Source: an uncultured Chloroflexia bacterium (lineage in GTDB: Bacteria; Chloroflexota; Dehalococcoidia; DSTF01; JACRBR01). From it: DNA of 64,000 nt. Below, piece by piece: positions 20,305 through 30,723 of this stretch. The first letter of the stretch is position 1. Every line of letters begins with the position of its first letter. The translations under genes were made by a program, and so were the position numbers. The stretch is from NCBI GenBank assembly GCA_963736015.1, contig CAVTNG010000011.1:68442-132441 (forward strand), in the 5' to 3' direction. The notes under the pieces are model-generated. The model was given only the letters and a program-made list of their open reading frames with translations, searched no databases and had not been told where the DNA came from.

Positions 20305-20335
20305 ATTATAAGACCGGACGGCACGTCTCGGTCAA
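20305..20335 (-). promoter_or_regulatory. Candidate promoter TTGACC-N19-TATAAT on the minus strand
   Basis: The -35 element is at 20335-20330 and a perfect -10 at 20310-20305. The 19-nt spacer is longer than optimal. It sits directly upstream of the structured RNA. Confidence 0.45.
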
Positions 20336-20716
20336 TACCCCTTGGCGCGGTGAGGCACCCTCTTCGACGATGTGTCGGGCATCTGGCGCGAGGCATCGAT
20401 CACGTGCGTATGGTGCGGCGAAGGATTGGCTTGTCCCGGAATCCGACGGCCCGGCGAGGGTAGAGCCACCGTGCGGGCCTCGGCGCGGAATGACTGCCCG
20501 GCGTCAGCGGTTCTTTAACATTGTTTGGCCGCCCTGTTAACGAGAGTGGGAAGGAGTGGCCGATTGATCCGGCAGGGTCGGTCCCCCCGTCCTTTCATGC
20601 GGGCCGTCTCGATTGGCGGATTGAGGCGGCTCGTGCATTTGTCGGCCGTCCGGTTCGCTCGCGCCGTGGTCTCGGCGCCGAAAGGGCAACGTCCGAACGC
20701 GATTCCTCAGCCTCGG

Positions 20717-22683
20717 TCAGGACCCCGCGGGCCCGTACAGCAGCGTCCGGATGTCCTCGCGCACCGGCGTCCCGTCGAGGCGGAGGTGCCGGGGGTTGAA
20801 GTCGTCGTGGTGCACCGTCACCACCAGGTCGCCCGGATCGACACCCGAGCGGAAGCGCGAGGCCGCAGGTCCCGCCGGCGTCCGTCTTCGCCCGCGCGAT
20901 CGACTTCCCGCCGTGACCGATCAGGGTCACTTCCGCACCCTCGACCGGCGGGCGCTCGCCTGACGCATCGGCGTCGTTCGCCAGCACCTCTACCATCGCC
21001 GTGCGGCCGTCCTCGTGCGGCGTCACGGTCACGGCCATGTCGATGAGGTAGACGAGCGGGTCGGGGGTTACGGCCTTCATGCCGGCGTCGGTCACGGCCC
21101 TGTACCTGCGTCGCCGCCAGCGACGCATCCGTCGGCGCCATGCCGTGGTCAGTCGTGATGATGAACAGCGTGCTATCCAGCAGCCCGCGCGTCTCCAGCG
21201 TCTCGAGCACGCGGCCGATGCGCACGTCGCTCTCGTCGAGCGCGGCGCGCTGGCCGTCGGAGTGCGGTCCGTAGTCGTGGCCGACGCCGTCGGTGAGGGG
21301 CATCTCGTGGAACATGAACTTCGGCGGCGGGTGCGTCTCGTCGGTGTACAGCACGATGGCCTGCGCGAGGCCGCGGTTCTCGACGATCGACTCCCCGTGC
21401 GCGCCCTTCTGGCCATCGGCGTCCCACTTCGGGTTGGTATCGCCGGCGTAGCGCTGCCGTGATCTCCCGCAGGCGGTCGCGGTCGCCGATGACGCGGCGC
21501 TCGAGCGTGGCGTGATCGGCGCCGCGCGTGCACGGCTCGTGGATCGATGCCGTGAACGCGCCGTTCATGCCCCTGCCACGGCCCGAACACGCGGTGGAAC
21601 GCCTCGTACAGCGTCTCGACGCCGTCGCCGAGGAACTTCGCGGTGTCGAACTGCTGGCCCTGCGGGGTCACGGTCTCGCGCGTCTCGCGCAGGTAGTAGG
21701 TCGGGTTGACGATGTCGTGGTGGCCGCCCCACGCGCCGGTGCCGATGGCGTTGTGGCTCGGCCAGGTGATGCTCGGGAAGTTGGTGAAGGAGCCGTAGTC
21801 GAACATCGTGCCGTTGCGGATCAGCCGCCGGAGGTTCGGGATGCGCGTCGGCGTCGTTCTGCAGGCGATGCTTCAGCTCCGTGTTGCTCTGCCCGTCGAG
21901 GAGGAAGATGTACACCCGCTCCGGCCGCGCGCCATCGTCGATGATCTCGTCGAGCACGCGGCCGTCCTGGCGCTTGAGGTAGACGTCGGGCGCGACGCCG
22001 CGCTCGGACGACGTGCGGCCCGGTGACGTCGGCGCCATCGATCAGCGGGAAGCCGCAGAGCTTCGCGATCGTCGGCGCGATGTCGATCTGCCGCGATGGC
22101 GCGTCGGTGAGGACGCCGGACTGCACGCCCGGGCCGGAGAAGATGAGCGGCGAGCGCGCCTGGATCGCATCGAGCGCGCCGTGCTGGCCGGGCTGGCGGC
22201 CGAACGCGTACGCCTTCGGGTTGACGACGAGGTCGGGGGCGTTCGGGCTGTCGAAGAGCTGCGCGATGCGCTCGTACGCGAACGGGTAGGTGTTGTGCTC
22301 CGGCTCGACGTACGCGGTGTTCGCGTCGATGCCCGGAAAGCCCGACGCCTTCGACGCCGCCAGTTCCTCGTCGATCGTCGCCAGCGCCTTGCGGTCCTGG
22401 TTCGCGACCGGGTTCTCGCCGATCTGCTCGATGACCCGGTAATCGTACCCGCCGCCGGCCGCGAAGTGAAGCGCTGGAAGCGGATCATGCCGCGCGCCGC
22501 CCACACCTCGTACGCGCCGTCGCGGTACGTGATCACCAGGTCGGTCTGCGGCCCGGCCGTCGCATCGGTGAGGATGGCGTGGATCGCGCGGTCGCCGGAC
22601 TCGTACTGGTGCTCATCGAGCCCCTGGCCCCGCAGCCGTTCCGGCAGGACGGGCGTGTCGATGCGGTCGTGCGTCGCAGTCAT
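20717..22683 (-). CDS. Alkaline-phosphatase-superfamily protein (nucleotide pyrophosphatase/phosphodiesterase-like); several frameshifts
   Basis: Fragments 22042-22881 (start MTATHDRID at 22683), 21821-22504, 21565-22038, 20595-21806 and 20818-21354. Strings: SITWPSHNAIGTGAWGGHH, FIITTDHGM. Confidence 0.7.
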
Positions 22684-22813
22684 GATGGGTGCTCCCGGGG
22701 ATCCTGGTGTGCAAGCCATGTTCCGCCATCGCCAGCCTGAGATCAAAGATGGACCGCATGGAAGCACGCGCGACCGCCGGGTAGAATCGCGCATCGAAAC
22801 GGAAGGAGCCGAC

Positions 22814-23361
22814 ATGCCAAAGACAGCGCCCCGCACCAAGACCAAGCGCGCAGCGGCGCCGCGCGCCGACCGCCCGAACATTCCCTACGGCATCCAGGGT
22901 CCGAAAGAGGGACTCGGGCTGCTCCCGTGGAGCCGCGCCGTTGACCGCCTGCGCGCCTCGTACGTCTACTGGATCGGGACCGCCGACGACCGCGGGCCCC
23001 ACGCCGTGCCCGTATGGGGCGTCTGGCTCGATGGCACGCTCTACTTCAGCAACGGCGAGAACACGCGCACGGGCCGCGCGCTGGCCTCGAACGGGCGCGT
23101 GGCGGTGCACCTGGAGAGCGGCGAAGACGCCGTCATGCTCGAGGGCGGAGGTGGAGCGCATCAGCGCGAAGCCCCTCGTGCCGGAAGATCAACGCCGCCT
23201 ATGCCGAGAAGTACCAGTTCCGGCAGGGCATGGACTGGTGGTACGCCGTTCGCCCGCGCGTGGCGTTCGCGTTCCTGGCGCCGAGCATCGGGCTGGGGTC
23301 GGAGAGCATCTACACCGGGAGCGCTACGCGCTGGACGTTTGGAGGACGAGCGCGGCGTTGA
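22814..23361 (+). CDS. Pyridoxamine 5'-phosphate oxidase family protein; one or two frameshifts near 23150
   Basis: GGAAGGAG Shine-Dalgarno before ATG 22814. Strings VYWIGTADDRGPHAVPVWGVWLDGTLYF (ORF 22013-23416) and the C-terminus in ORF 23014-23361. Confidence 0.7.
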
Positions 23362-23366
23362 TTACC

Positions 23367-23387
23367 GGACAGGCGGGGCGCCTGTCC
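23367..23387 (+). terminator. GC hairpin GGACAGGCGgggCGCCTGTCC, a member of a dispersed hairpin family; possible terminator
   Basis: 9-bp stem, 6 nt after the stop of the PNPOx gene. A related hairpin is at 63691-63710. Confidence 0.4.
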
Positions 23388-23468
23388 TGCGCGTTTCATA
23401 CGGGTGTTTGCGCTAGCCGAGTGCCCGGGGCGGCGACTCGAGCCACATTCGGCTCGGCATCTCGCCGG

Positions 23469-24553
<1,085 letters not shown>

Positions 24554-25007
24554 GTACGCGCTCCTTCTGCGTCTCACGCCGCCTTCGGGTTTCCGTGCTC
24601 GCGGTGGCGATCGCCAGTCTAGGGGCCGCGGGCCGCGGTGTCGACTGCTCCCGGTCCTTGACACGCCGGCGCCTGACGTTCCAGAAGTTGACAGGCTGAT
24701 CTAGTCGCGCGGCGACCACCGCTGTAACGTGGAAGTGCCCCGCCCGCACCGCCAGCTCGCTGGAAGGAACGCCGGCGCATGAGTCCTGCTGACCTGCTGT
24801 ATTACGACCTTCTCGGCGTCGTCGTCGTGTTCGCCGCCGACATGCTCCACCTCTGGGAGCCGTGGGCTGCCGCGCTCACGCGCGTCTGGGAGCGCGTCCG
24901 CGGGCGGCGCGTCCGCTAGGACCGAACCGGCCAGCATTTCGGCGAGCCGCCTCGACCCAACGTCAGTGCCACTAGCTTTTTGCTATCGACTGGCGTATGC
25001 TGGCCGC

Positions 25008-25523
25008 ATGCTTCCACAGGACGTGCGCGATCGGGTCCGGTCCTATCTCCAGCACCAGGGCAAGAAGAGCAACGAGGCCATCGCCGAACTCGTGGCGGCG
25101 AGCCAGCAGAAGTTCCTCGACACGATCGCCGGCGTCGATGAGGACGCCGCTGCCCGCAAGCCCGCGCCCGACGAATGGTCACTCCGCGAGCTCATTGGGC
25201 ACGTCGTCTCAGCCGAGAACGGGGTCGCCCGTCTGGTCGAGACGCTCCCTCAGGGAAAGACGGTGGAGGGGACCGAACGCTCCGCCGGCATGCAGCTTCC
25301 GGACGATGGACGCGCGTTCGCCGACTACGTGACGGACGTCCGCCAGGCGAACACGCTCCTGCTGGAGCGCATCGCGGCACTCAGCCCGGACGACGACACC
25401 GCAACGACGGCACCGCATCCGTTCTTCGGTGAACTCAATTGCCGCGAGTGGGCTGTCTTCCAGCGCGTGCACGACGAAGACCACGCGCAGCACGCCGCGA
25501 AGATCATCGCCGCTGTGGGGTGA
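25008..25523 (+). CDS. DinB-family protein
   Basis: ORF 24966-25523, with ATG 25008 the likely start. Strings: WSLRELIGHV...HDEDHAQH. Confidence 0.8.
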   Translation: MLPQDVRDRVRSYLQHQGKKSNEAIAELVAASQQKFLDTIAGVDEDAAARKPAPDEWSLRELIGHVVSAENGVARLVETLPQGKTVEGTERSAGMQLPDDGRAFADYVTDVRQANTLLLERIAALSPDDDTATTAPHPFFGELNCREWAVFQRVHDEDHAQHAAKIIAAVG

Positions 25524-25659
25524 TCTCCGCGGCGCGCCGTCGCATCGCTCTCACATACAAATCCCGCCGACGTGCTGCGACATCTTCGCCGAGACAATGG
25601 TGTCGCCGGTGAAGTTGACGACGCCGTCGCCGTTGAGATCGAAGTCCTCGTGCGCGTGA

Positions 25660-26508
25660 TCAGCCCTGTCGCTTGAGGCGCCCTGTCTTCTTCGCCCAAC
25701 GCTCGGCGATGCCGAAGCAGATCATCCCACCGGGGATGAGCACGACGCCGAACCCGACGAGCGCCACAAGCTGCGGCATGACGTCCTGCAGGCTGTCGCC
25801 ATCGATAATCGCGCCGCGGATCCCGTTCAGAATGTAGGTCGCCGGAGAGATCACCGAGAACACCTGCAGCCACGCCGGAAGCACGCTCACGCTGTAGTAC
25901 ACGCCCGAGACGAGCAGCACGAACGCCTGGATCATCATCGACATCTGCTGCCCGCGCTCGGGGTAGAGCATCGGCAGGATGCCCGCGAGGATCGCGAGAC
26001 CGGCGACGCTGAAGCTGCCGACGAGCAGCACGACGACGGCTGCCGCCCAGTTCGCGTTGTCCAGGTTCACCGTGAAGAACGGCACCGCGATCAGGAAGAT
26101 CAGCGGCGTGCGGATGCAGGCGTGGATGATCCCGAACAGCACCATCCCGGTCAGGTGCAGCCAGCGCTCGACCGGCGCCATCAGCGTGTGCTCGATCGTG
26201 CCCTCCCAGCGCTCCCACGAGATCGACGAGGCTGATGTCGTCGAGCACCGCGGACAGGTACGCCCAGACGAGCGTGCCGATAAGCAGGAACAGCACGAGG
26301 TCCGATACCTGCTCCTGGCTGCACGGCGCCGCGTCGCACCCACCTGCTTCGCGATGAACGTCACGGCGAGCGTGTTGACGGCGCCGTACACGAGCCATAC
26401 GAGCTCCCACGCCCAGTAGCGCTTCCACAAGTTCGTCTGCCGTTCGATGAACGCCCACGCGAGGGCACGGACGTCCGCGGAGCGTCGCGGGTAATGCGAG
26501 AAAGCCAT
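25660..26508 (-). CDS. ABC-2 type exporter permease; an internal compensated frameshift garbles about 60 aa
   Basis: 282-aa ORF with multiple transmembrane segments. The central RRRAARSRYRTS... stretch is out of frame relative to its flanks. Confidence 0.75.
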   Translation of the reverse strand: MAFSHYPRRSADVRALAWAFIERQTNLWKRYWAWELVWLVYGAVNTLAVTFIAKQVGATRRRAARSRYRTSCCSCLSARSSGRTCPRCSTTSASSISWERWEGTIEHTLMAPVERWLHLTGMVLFGIIHACIRTPLIFLIAVPFFTVNLDNANWAAAVVVLLVGSFSVAGLAILAGILPMLYPERGQQMSMMIQAFVLLVSGVYYSVSVLPAWLQVFSVISPATYILNGIRGAIIDGDSLQDVMPQLVALVGFGVVLIPGGMICFGIAERWAKKTGRLKRQG

Positions 26509-26510
26509 GT

Positions 26511-27463
26511 CTACCTCCGCGACGATTGCTCAGCCCGGATGCTGCCGCGGACCGCCACTTCCATCTCCTCGGCTCCTCGTCCTCCGCGAGGTCGCGGCCG
26601 GTCAGCTCCATGAACACGTCTCCATGTTGATGCGTCTCGAGCGGGCGGCTCCCCGCGACCGGCTGCCGCAGCTCCAGCGGCGTGCCCTCCGCGACGATCT
26701 TGCCGCCCGAGATGAAGGAGATGCGGTCGCAGAGCAGCTCTGCCTCCTCCATGTCGTGCGTCGTCAGCAGGATCGTCGCGTCGTGGTCCGCCTGCACCTC
26801 GCCGGATGAACGCCTGCACGTCGCGCTTGCTGCGCGGGTCCAGACCCGTCGTCGGCTCGTCGAGCAGCATCAGCACCGGCGACGTCAGGAACGCCCGCGC
26901 CACGGCGACCTTCTGCTGCTGCCCGCGCGAGAGGTGACTCATCGGCTCGAGCGCACGCTCCCACTCAAGCCCGAGCCGGCGCAGGATGGCCGGCGTCTTC
27001 TCCTTCACCTGCCGCGGCGAGAGCCCGTACACGCGCCCGAAGAACATCAGGTTCTCCATGCGCCGTCATGTTCCGGAAGAACGATGGATCCGCCGATACG
27101 CGATTGATCAGCGACCGCACCTCCATCGACTCGCGTACCGCGTCAAAACCGAAGATGCTCACGCTCGCCGCCATCCGGCAACAGCAGCGTGCTGATCATC
27201 CGGATGAGCGTCGACTTCCCGGAGCCGTTCGCGCCGATGACGCCAAAGATCTCGCCGCGGCGGATCTGGAACGAGACGCCATCGACCACGCGGCGCGGGC
27301 CCTCGCGCTTGCCGTTGCGATTCCACGGAAGCGCCTGCACCAGGTCGAACCCACCGCCGAACGACTTCACCACGCTGTCGACGCGCAGCGGCAGCTCGCC
27401 GGCAAGGGGCCGGCCCGGCTGCCCTTCCGTTTCGATGTCTTTGTGGCCGTTGTTGCGATTCAC
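26511..27463 (-). CDS. ABC transporter ATP-binding protein, paired with the ABC-2 permease; frameshifted
   Basis: Fragments 27143-27463 (GANGSGKST), 26511-27059 ([19 protein letters not shown]) and part of 25325-26797 ([11 protein letters not shown]). Confidence 0.8.
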
Positions 27464-27506
27464 GTCACTCGCTCCATCCAGCCGCCGCGCACTAGCCGCA
27501 CGGCGA

Positions 27507-27544
27507 CAAAAAACCCACTACGCCGCCTCGCGTGTGGGTGGATG
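27507..27544 (-). terminator. Intrinsic-terminator-like hairpin with a U6 tract inside the 5' leader of the ABC-2 operon; candidate attenuator
   Basis: Minus-strand RNA ...CAUCCACCCAC acgcgaggcggcgua GUGGGU UUUUUG. The upstream segment 27605-27619 is complementary to the 5' arm. Confidence 0.5.
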
Positions 27545-27730
27545 CCTGCTCCGGTTGCGGTGCGAGTCAGCTACTCAATGCTGCAATCTCCCGCTGGGCA
27601 CACTCATCCCACCCACGCGCGCCTCACCACCCGGCGCGGTCAGGCGCACCTTGCGGCCGGCGAACAATCCGGAGTCGATGCTCTGCATTTCGAGTGTGCT
27701 TTCCTCGTGCAGGCTACGGGCCTGACGCGC

Positions 27731-27761
27731 ATCATACGTGGCGGCCACAAGCGCCTGTCAA
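27731..27761 (-). promoter_or_regulatory. Candidate promoter TTGACA-N19-TATGAT on the minus strand, for the ABC-2 operon leader
   Basis: The -35 element is at 27761-27756 and the -10 at 27736-27731. It lies about 260 nt upstream of the ATPase start codon. Confidence 0.4.
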
Positions 27762-27892
27762 TGCCAACGCACCGACGCGGCGCGCAGCCGGTCAATTTGA
27801 CACTGACGCGCCGCGCCGATCATAGTAGCCAGCCGCGCCAGTCCACGGCGCGCCCGTACGATCTCTCGGCGACACATCGGAGGCACACGGCT

Positions 27893-28363
27893 ATGGCAAC
27901 AAAGGCTGAAGAACTGGCGGCGCAATTCGAGCAGGCGAGCAAGGACTTCGAAGCGCGTATCCAGGCGTTGAGCGATGAGCAATGGCGTGCAAAGACGCCT
28001 GAAGAAGGGTGGACCGTCGCGGCCACCGCGCACCACGCGGCCGGCGGCGCCGAGCCGATATCGATGATGGTGCGCGCCGCCGCCGGTATGGGCGAAATGC
28101 CGCCGATCACGCCCGACATGCTCAACGAGCTGAACGCGGCCCACGCGAAGGAGTTCGCGAACGTCTCACGGGAGGACACGCTCGAAGTGCTCCGGAACAC
28201 GACCGGCCCTGCGGCCGATGTCGTGCGAGGCCTGACTGATGAGCAGCTCACCCGCCGCGCGACGCTGCCGCTCGGTATGGAGCTGTCAGCGCGGGAGATC
28301 GTCGAAATGGTGCTGATCGGGCATCTGCAGGGCCACGCCGCGAGTATCGGCTCGGCAACTTAG
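27893..28363 (+). CDS. DinB-like / mycothiol-maleylpyruvate-isomerase N-terminal domain family protein
   Basis: C-terminal 156 aa of ORF 27068-28363, starting at ATG 27893. Strings: WTVAATAHHAAG...IGHLQGH. Confidence 0.7.
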   Translation: MATKAEELAAQFEQASKDFEARIQALSDEQWRAKTPEEGWTVAATAHHAAGGAEPISMMVRAAAGMGEMPPITPDMLNELNAAHAKEFANVSREDTLEVLRNTTGPAADVVRGLTDEQLTRRATLPLGMELSAREIVEMVLIGHLQGHAASIGSAT

Positions 28364-28407
28364 GGCCGCGCAGCCAGGCCCGGCAAGCGTCCGTAACGAA
28401 CGAAGCA

Positions 28408-29298
28408 ATGAGCAACCGTATCGAGGCGCGTGCGTTCACGCGAACCGACATTCCAGGCGTCCACGCCCTCATCTCGGCGGTCTGGCGCGAACGGCGCGAT
28501 CGAGCGTACCTCCACATCGGCGACTTCTACTGGGCGATGCGGCCGGGCCTCGAATTCGTCGCCGAACGCGACATCCGCCTCTGGTCCGACGGTCACAAGG
28601 TCGCCGCCTTCGCGTGGTTCGACGGCTTCGATTCAGGCGACTACGTCGTTAGCGGCGATGCGCCGGACGCTATCGAGCTCGACGCGATCGCCTGGCTCGA
28701 GGACGGGCACCGTCGCTACGCGCCCTCGGAGCCGTTCGGGATCGGCGTGATGGACGACGACGGCGAGCGGCGATCCGTCCTCGAGGAGCGCGGCTATCGC
28801 CGGGCCGACGCCGGCGACGTACGCTTCTGGCAACGCATCGACCCATCCTTCGACGCGCCGATGCCCGACGGCTTTCGCGTGAACGCTGTCAGGGGTGCCG
28901 ATGACATCGAGCGCCGCGTATACGTCCAGCACAACTCGTTCGAGAGCTCGACGGCGACGCCCGACGTCTGGCGCGCGCTCGCCGAGCTACCGGGCTATCG
29001 CCGTGACCTCGACCTCGTCGTCATCGCACCGGACGGCACCGGTGCCGCCGGCTGCACGATCTGGTACGACGAGGCGAACCGCGCGGGCGAGTTCGAGCCG
29101 GTAGGGACGTCGCGCGCGTTCCAGCGCCGCGGCATCGGCAAAGCGCTCCTCGCGGAGGGCCTCCGCCGGCTCTATGCCTTCGGCGCGGAAGAGGCCATCG
29201 TCCGGACCAACATCACCAACGCGCCCGCGATCGCCCTCTACCGCTCCGCCGGGTTCCACCTCACCGCCACCCAGCACCGCTGGGAGAAGGGGCTGTAG
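28408..29298 (+). CDS. GNAT-family N-acetyltransferase (two-domain)
   Basis: Intact 296-aa ORF with the C-terminal acetyl-CoA motif FQRRGIGKALL. Confidence 0.8.
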   Translation: MSNRIEARAFTRTDIPGVHALISAVWRERRDRAYLHIGDFYWAMRPGLEFVAERDIRLWSDGHKVAAFAWFDGFDSGDYVVSGDAPDAIELDAIAWLEDGHRRYAPSEPFGIGVMDDDGERRSVLEERGYRRADAGDVRFWQRIDPSFDAPMPDGFRVNAVRGADDIERRVYVQHNSFESSTATPDVWRALAELPGYRRDLDLVVIAPDGTGAAGCTIWYDEANRAGEFEPVGTSRAFQRRGIGKALLAEGLRRLYAFGAEEAIVRTNITNAPAIALYRSAGFHLTATQHRWEKGL

Positions 29299-29300
29299 CC

Positions 29301-30119
29301 GTGGCGGACGTGTACGACCCGCGGCGCTACGATCCGACGCTGTTCCAGGGCACGGCGCGCTACTACGCTCGCTATCGAGAGCGCTACGATCCCGTGTTCA
29401 TCACGATGCTCCAGGGAGAGCTTGCGCTCGAGGCGGCGGCCGGCTGCTGGACATCGGGTGCGGGACGGGAAACGTGCTCGTGCCGTTGGCTCCGCTGTTC
29501 GCGCTCGCCGTCGGCGTCGATCCGGACGCCGGGATGCTCACGAAGCCCAGCGCGAGGCCGGCGACGCGGGCGCGGAAACGTGCGCCTCGTACGCGCCCGC
29601 GGCGAGGGCCTGCCTTCCCACCCGGGACGTTCGACCTGATTACGATGGCGGCGTCGTTGCACTGGATGGACCACGCGATCGTCGCGAGGCGTGTCACGCA
29701 TGCTGAAGCCAGGCGGCGCGCTCGCGCAATCACAACGCCCCGCTCGGGGGACCATCCATTCGGCGATCCCGCCGAGTGGCCGGAAGTGAGCCGTCATCAA
29801 GCGTTATCTCGGGCCTCATCGCCGCGCCGGACGCACTCTGGCACAACCCCGGCCGGCACGAGCCGTGGTTCGAGGCATCGCCGTTTGGTCCCGGAAAGAA
29901 CCTGCGCGCAAGACCGGCCATCGCGCGCGTTCGCACGGTCGATGACGTCGTCGGGCACGCTGTTCGCGTATCGGCCACGGCGCCGCACCTCTTCGGCGAC
30001 CCGCGTCGGCGAGTTCGAGCGCGACGTGCGCGCGGCGCTGCTGGCGCGGGAGCCCTCCGGCCGCTTCGATACACACGCCGAACATCGAGATCTACCTGCT
30101 GCGAAAGACCGCCGCGTGA
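29301..30119 (+). CDS. Class I SAM-dependent methyltransferase; frameshifted
   Basis: ORF 29301-29639 plus frames of 29174-30445 and 29776-30327. Strings: LLDIGCGTGN, LITMAASLHW, MLKPGGAL. Confidence 0.7.
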
Positions 30120-30445
30120 CGGCGGCCGAGGCGCGCGCGGAGATCGATGCCATCCTGAAGCAGCTCTCGCCGCTGCCCGTCCGGACGCGGCGCATGTTCG
30201 GGGGCTGGGGCCTATACATGGAAGATCGCTTCTTCGGCGTCCTCAACGACGGACGGCTGTATTTCCGGACGGACGATCAAAGCCGCGGGGAGTACACCTC
30301 TCGCGGGATGCAGGCGCTTCAGCCTAGGTTCCGTCCGCGCGGCCCGAAGACCGTCGACCGCAACTTCGAGGTGCCGCAAGAGGTGCGGGCGGACGATGAC
30401 ATGCTCCGCGCGTGGGCGGTACAGGCGGCGGAGTGCACCCGGTAG
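30116..30445 (+). CDS. TfoX N-terminal domain protein
   Basis: GTG 30116 overlaps the methyltransferase stop (GTGA). String: MFGGWGLYMEDRFFGVLNDGRLYFRTD. Confidence 0.75.
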   Translation: MTAAEARAEIDAILKQLSPLPVRTRRMFGGWGLYMEDRFFGVLNDGRLYFRTDDQSRGEYTSRGMQALQPRFRPRGPKTVDRNFEVPQEVRADDDMLRAWAVQAAECTR

Positions 30446-30476
30446 CCGCGGACCTTCAGCTCCGCCGGCACACGCG

Positions 30477-30686
30477 TCAGAGCTTGAGCGCGAGGAGCTC
30501 GCGGTGGACGTCGCCGTTGCCCTTCACGTGGACGCGCACGTCAATAATGCGCACCTTGAGGCGGGAGGGCTCGTCGTCAAAATAGACCTCATCGCCCTTC
30601 TCGAAGCGGTGCTCTGTGGACAGCGTCGCGATGAGGCGACCCTTCTTGGGGCTGAACGGGTCGGACTCGTAGATCTCGGTCTTCAT
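30477..30686 (-). CDS. Hypothetical 69-aa protein
   Basis: Intact ORF. No family recognised. Confidence 0.5.
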   Translation of the reverse strand: MKTEIYESDPFSPKKGRLIATLSTEHRFEKGDEVYFDDEPSRLKVRIIDVRVHVKGNGDVHRELLALKL

Positions 30687-30723
30687 GGCGCTCCCTCGCG
30701 TAGCGGCTCACGATACCGGAACG

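Noticed and set aside
19845-20345. Tried to identify the structured intergenic RNA as RNase P RNA, tmRNA, SRP RNA or a TPP riboswitch. The prompts were CUGAGA and ACCUGAU strings and a CAGGAAGGACUCCGGGC string.
   Set aside because: The diagnostic cores are absent on both strands: GAGGAAAGUCCGGGC with ACAGAACCCGGCUUA for RNase P, GGUAAGAGCGCACC, the tRNA-like UUCGA..CCACCA end of tmRNA, and the GGAAGCAGC core of SRP RNA. The CUGAGA here is base-paired in a helix rather than lying in a TPP-type junction.
24779-24919. A 46-codon plus-strand ORF (MSPADLLYYDLLGVVVVFAADMLHLWEPW...) with a GGAAGGA upstream, in the ADH-DinB spacer.
   Set aside because: It is plausible as a one-TM micro-protein. There is no support beyond an open frame and a loosely spaced Shine-Dalgarno sequence, which is too weak to list as a feature.
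25325-26797. A 490-aa minus-strand ORF spanning the DinB antisense region, the ABC-2 permease and part of the ATPase.
   Set aside because: Only its first ~60 aa ([26 protein letters not shown]...) is genuine ATPase sequence. The rest is out of frame relative to the credible permease ORF 25660-26508.
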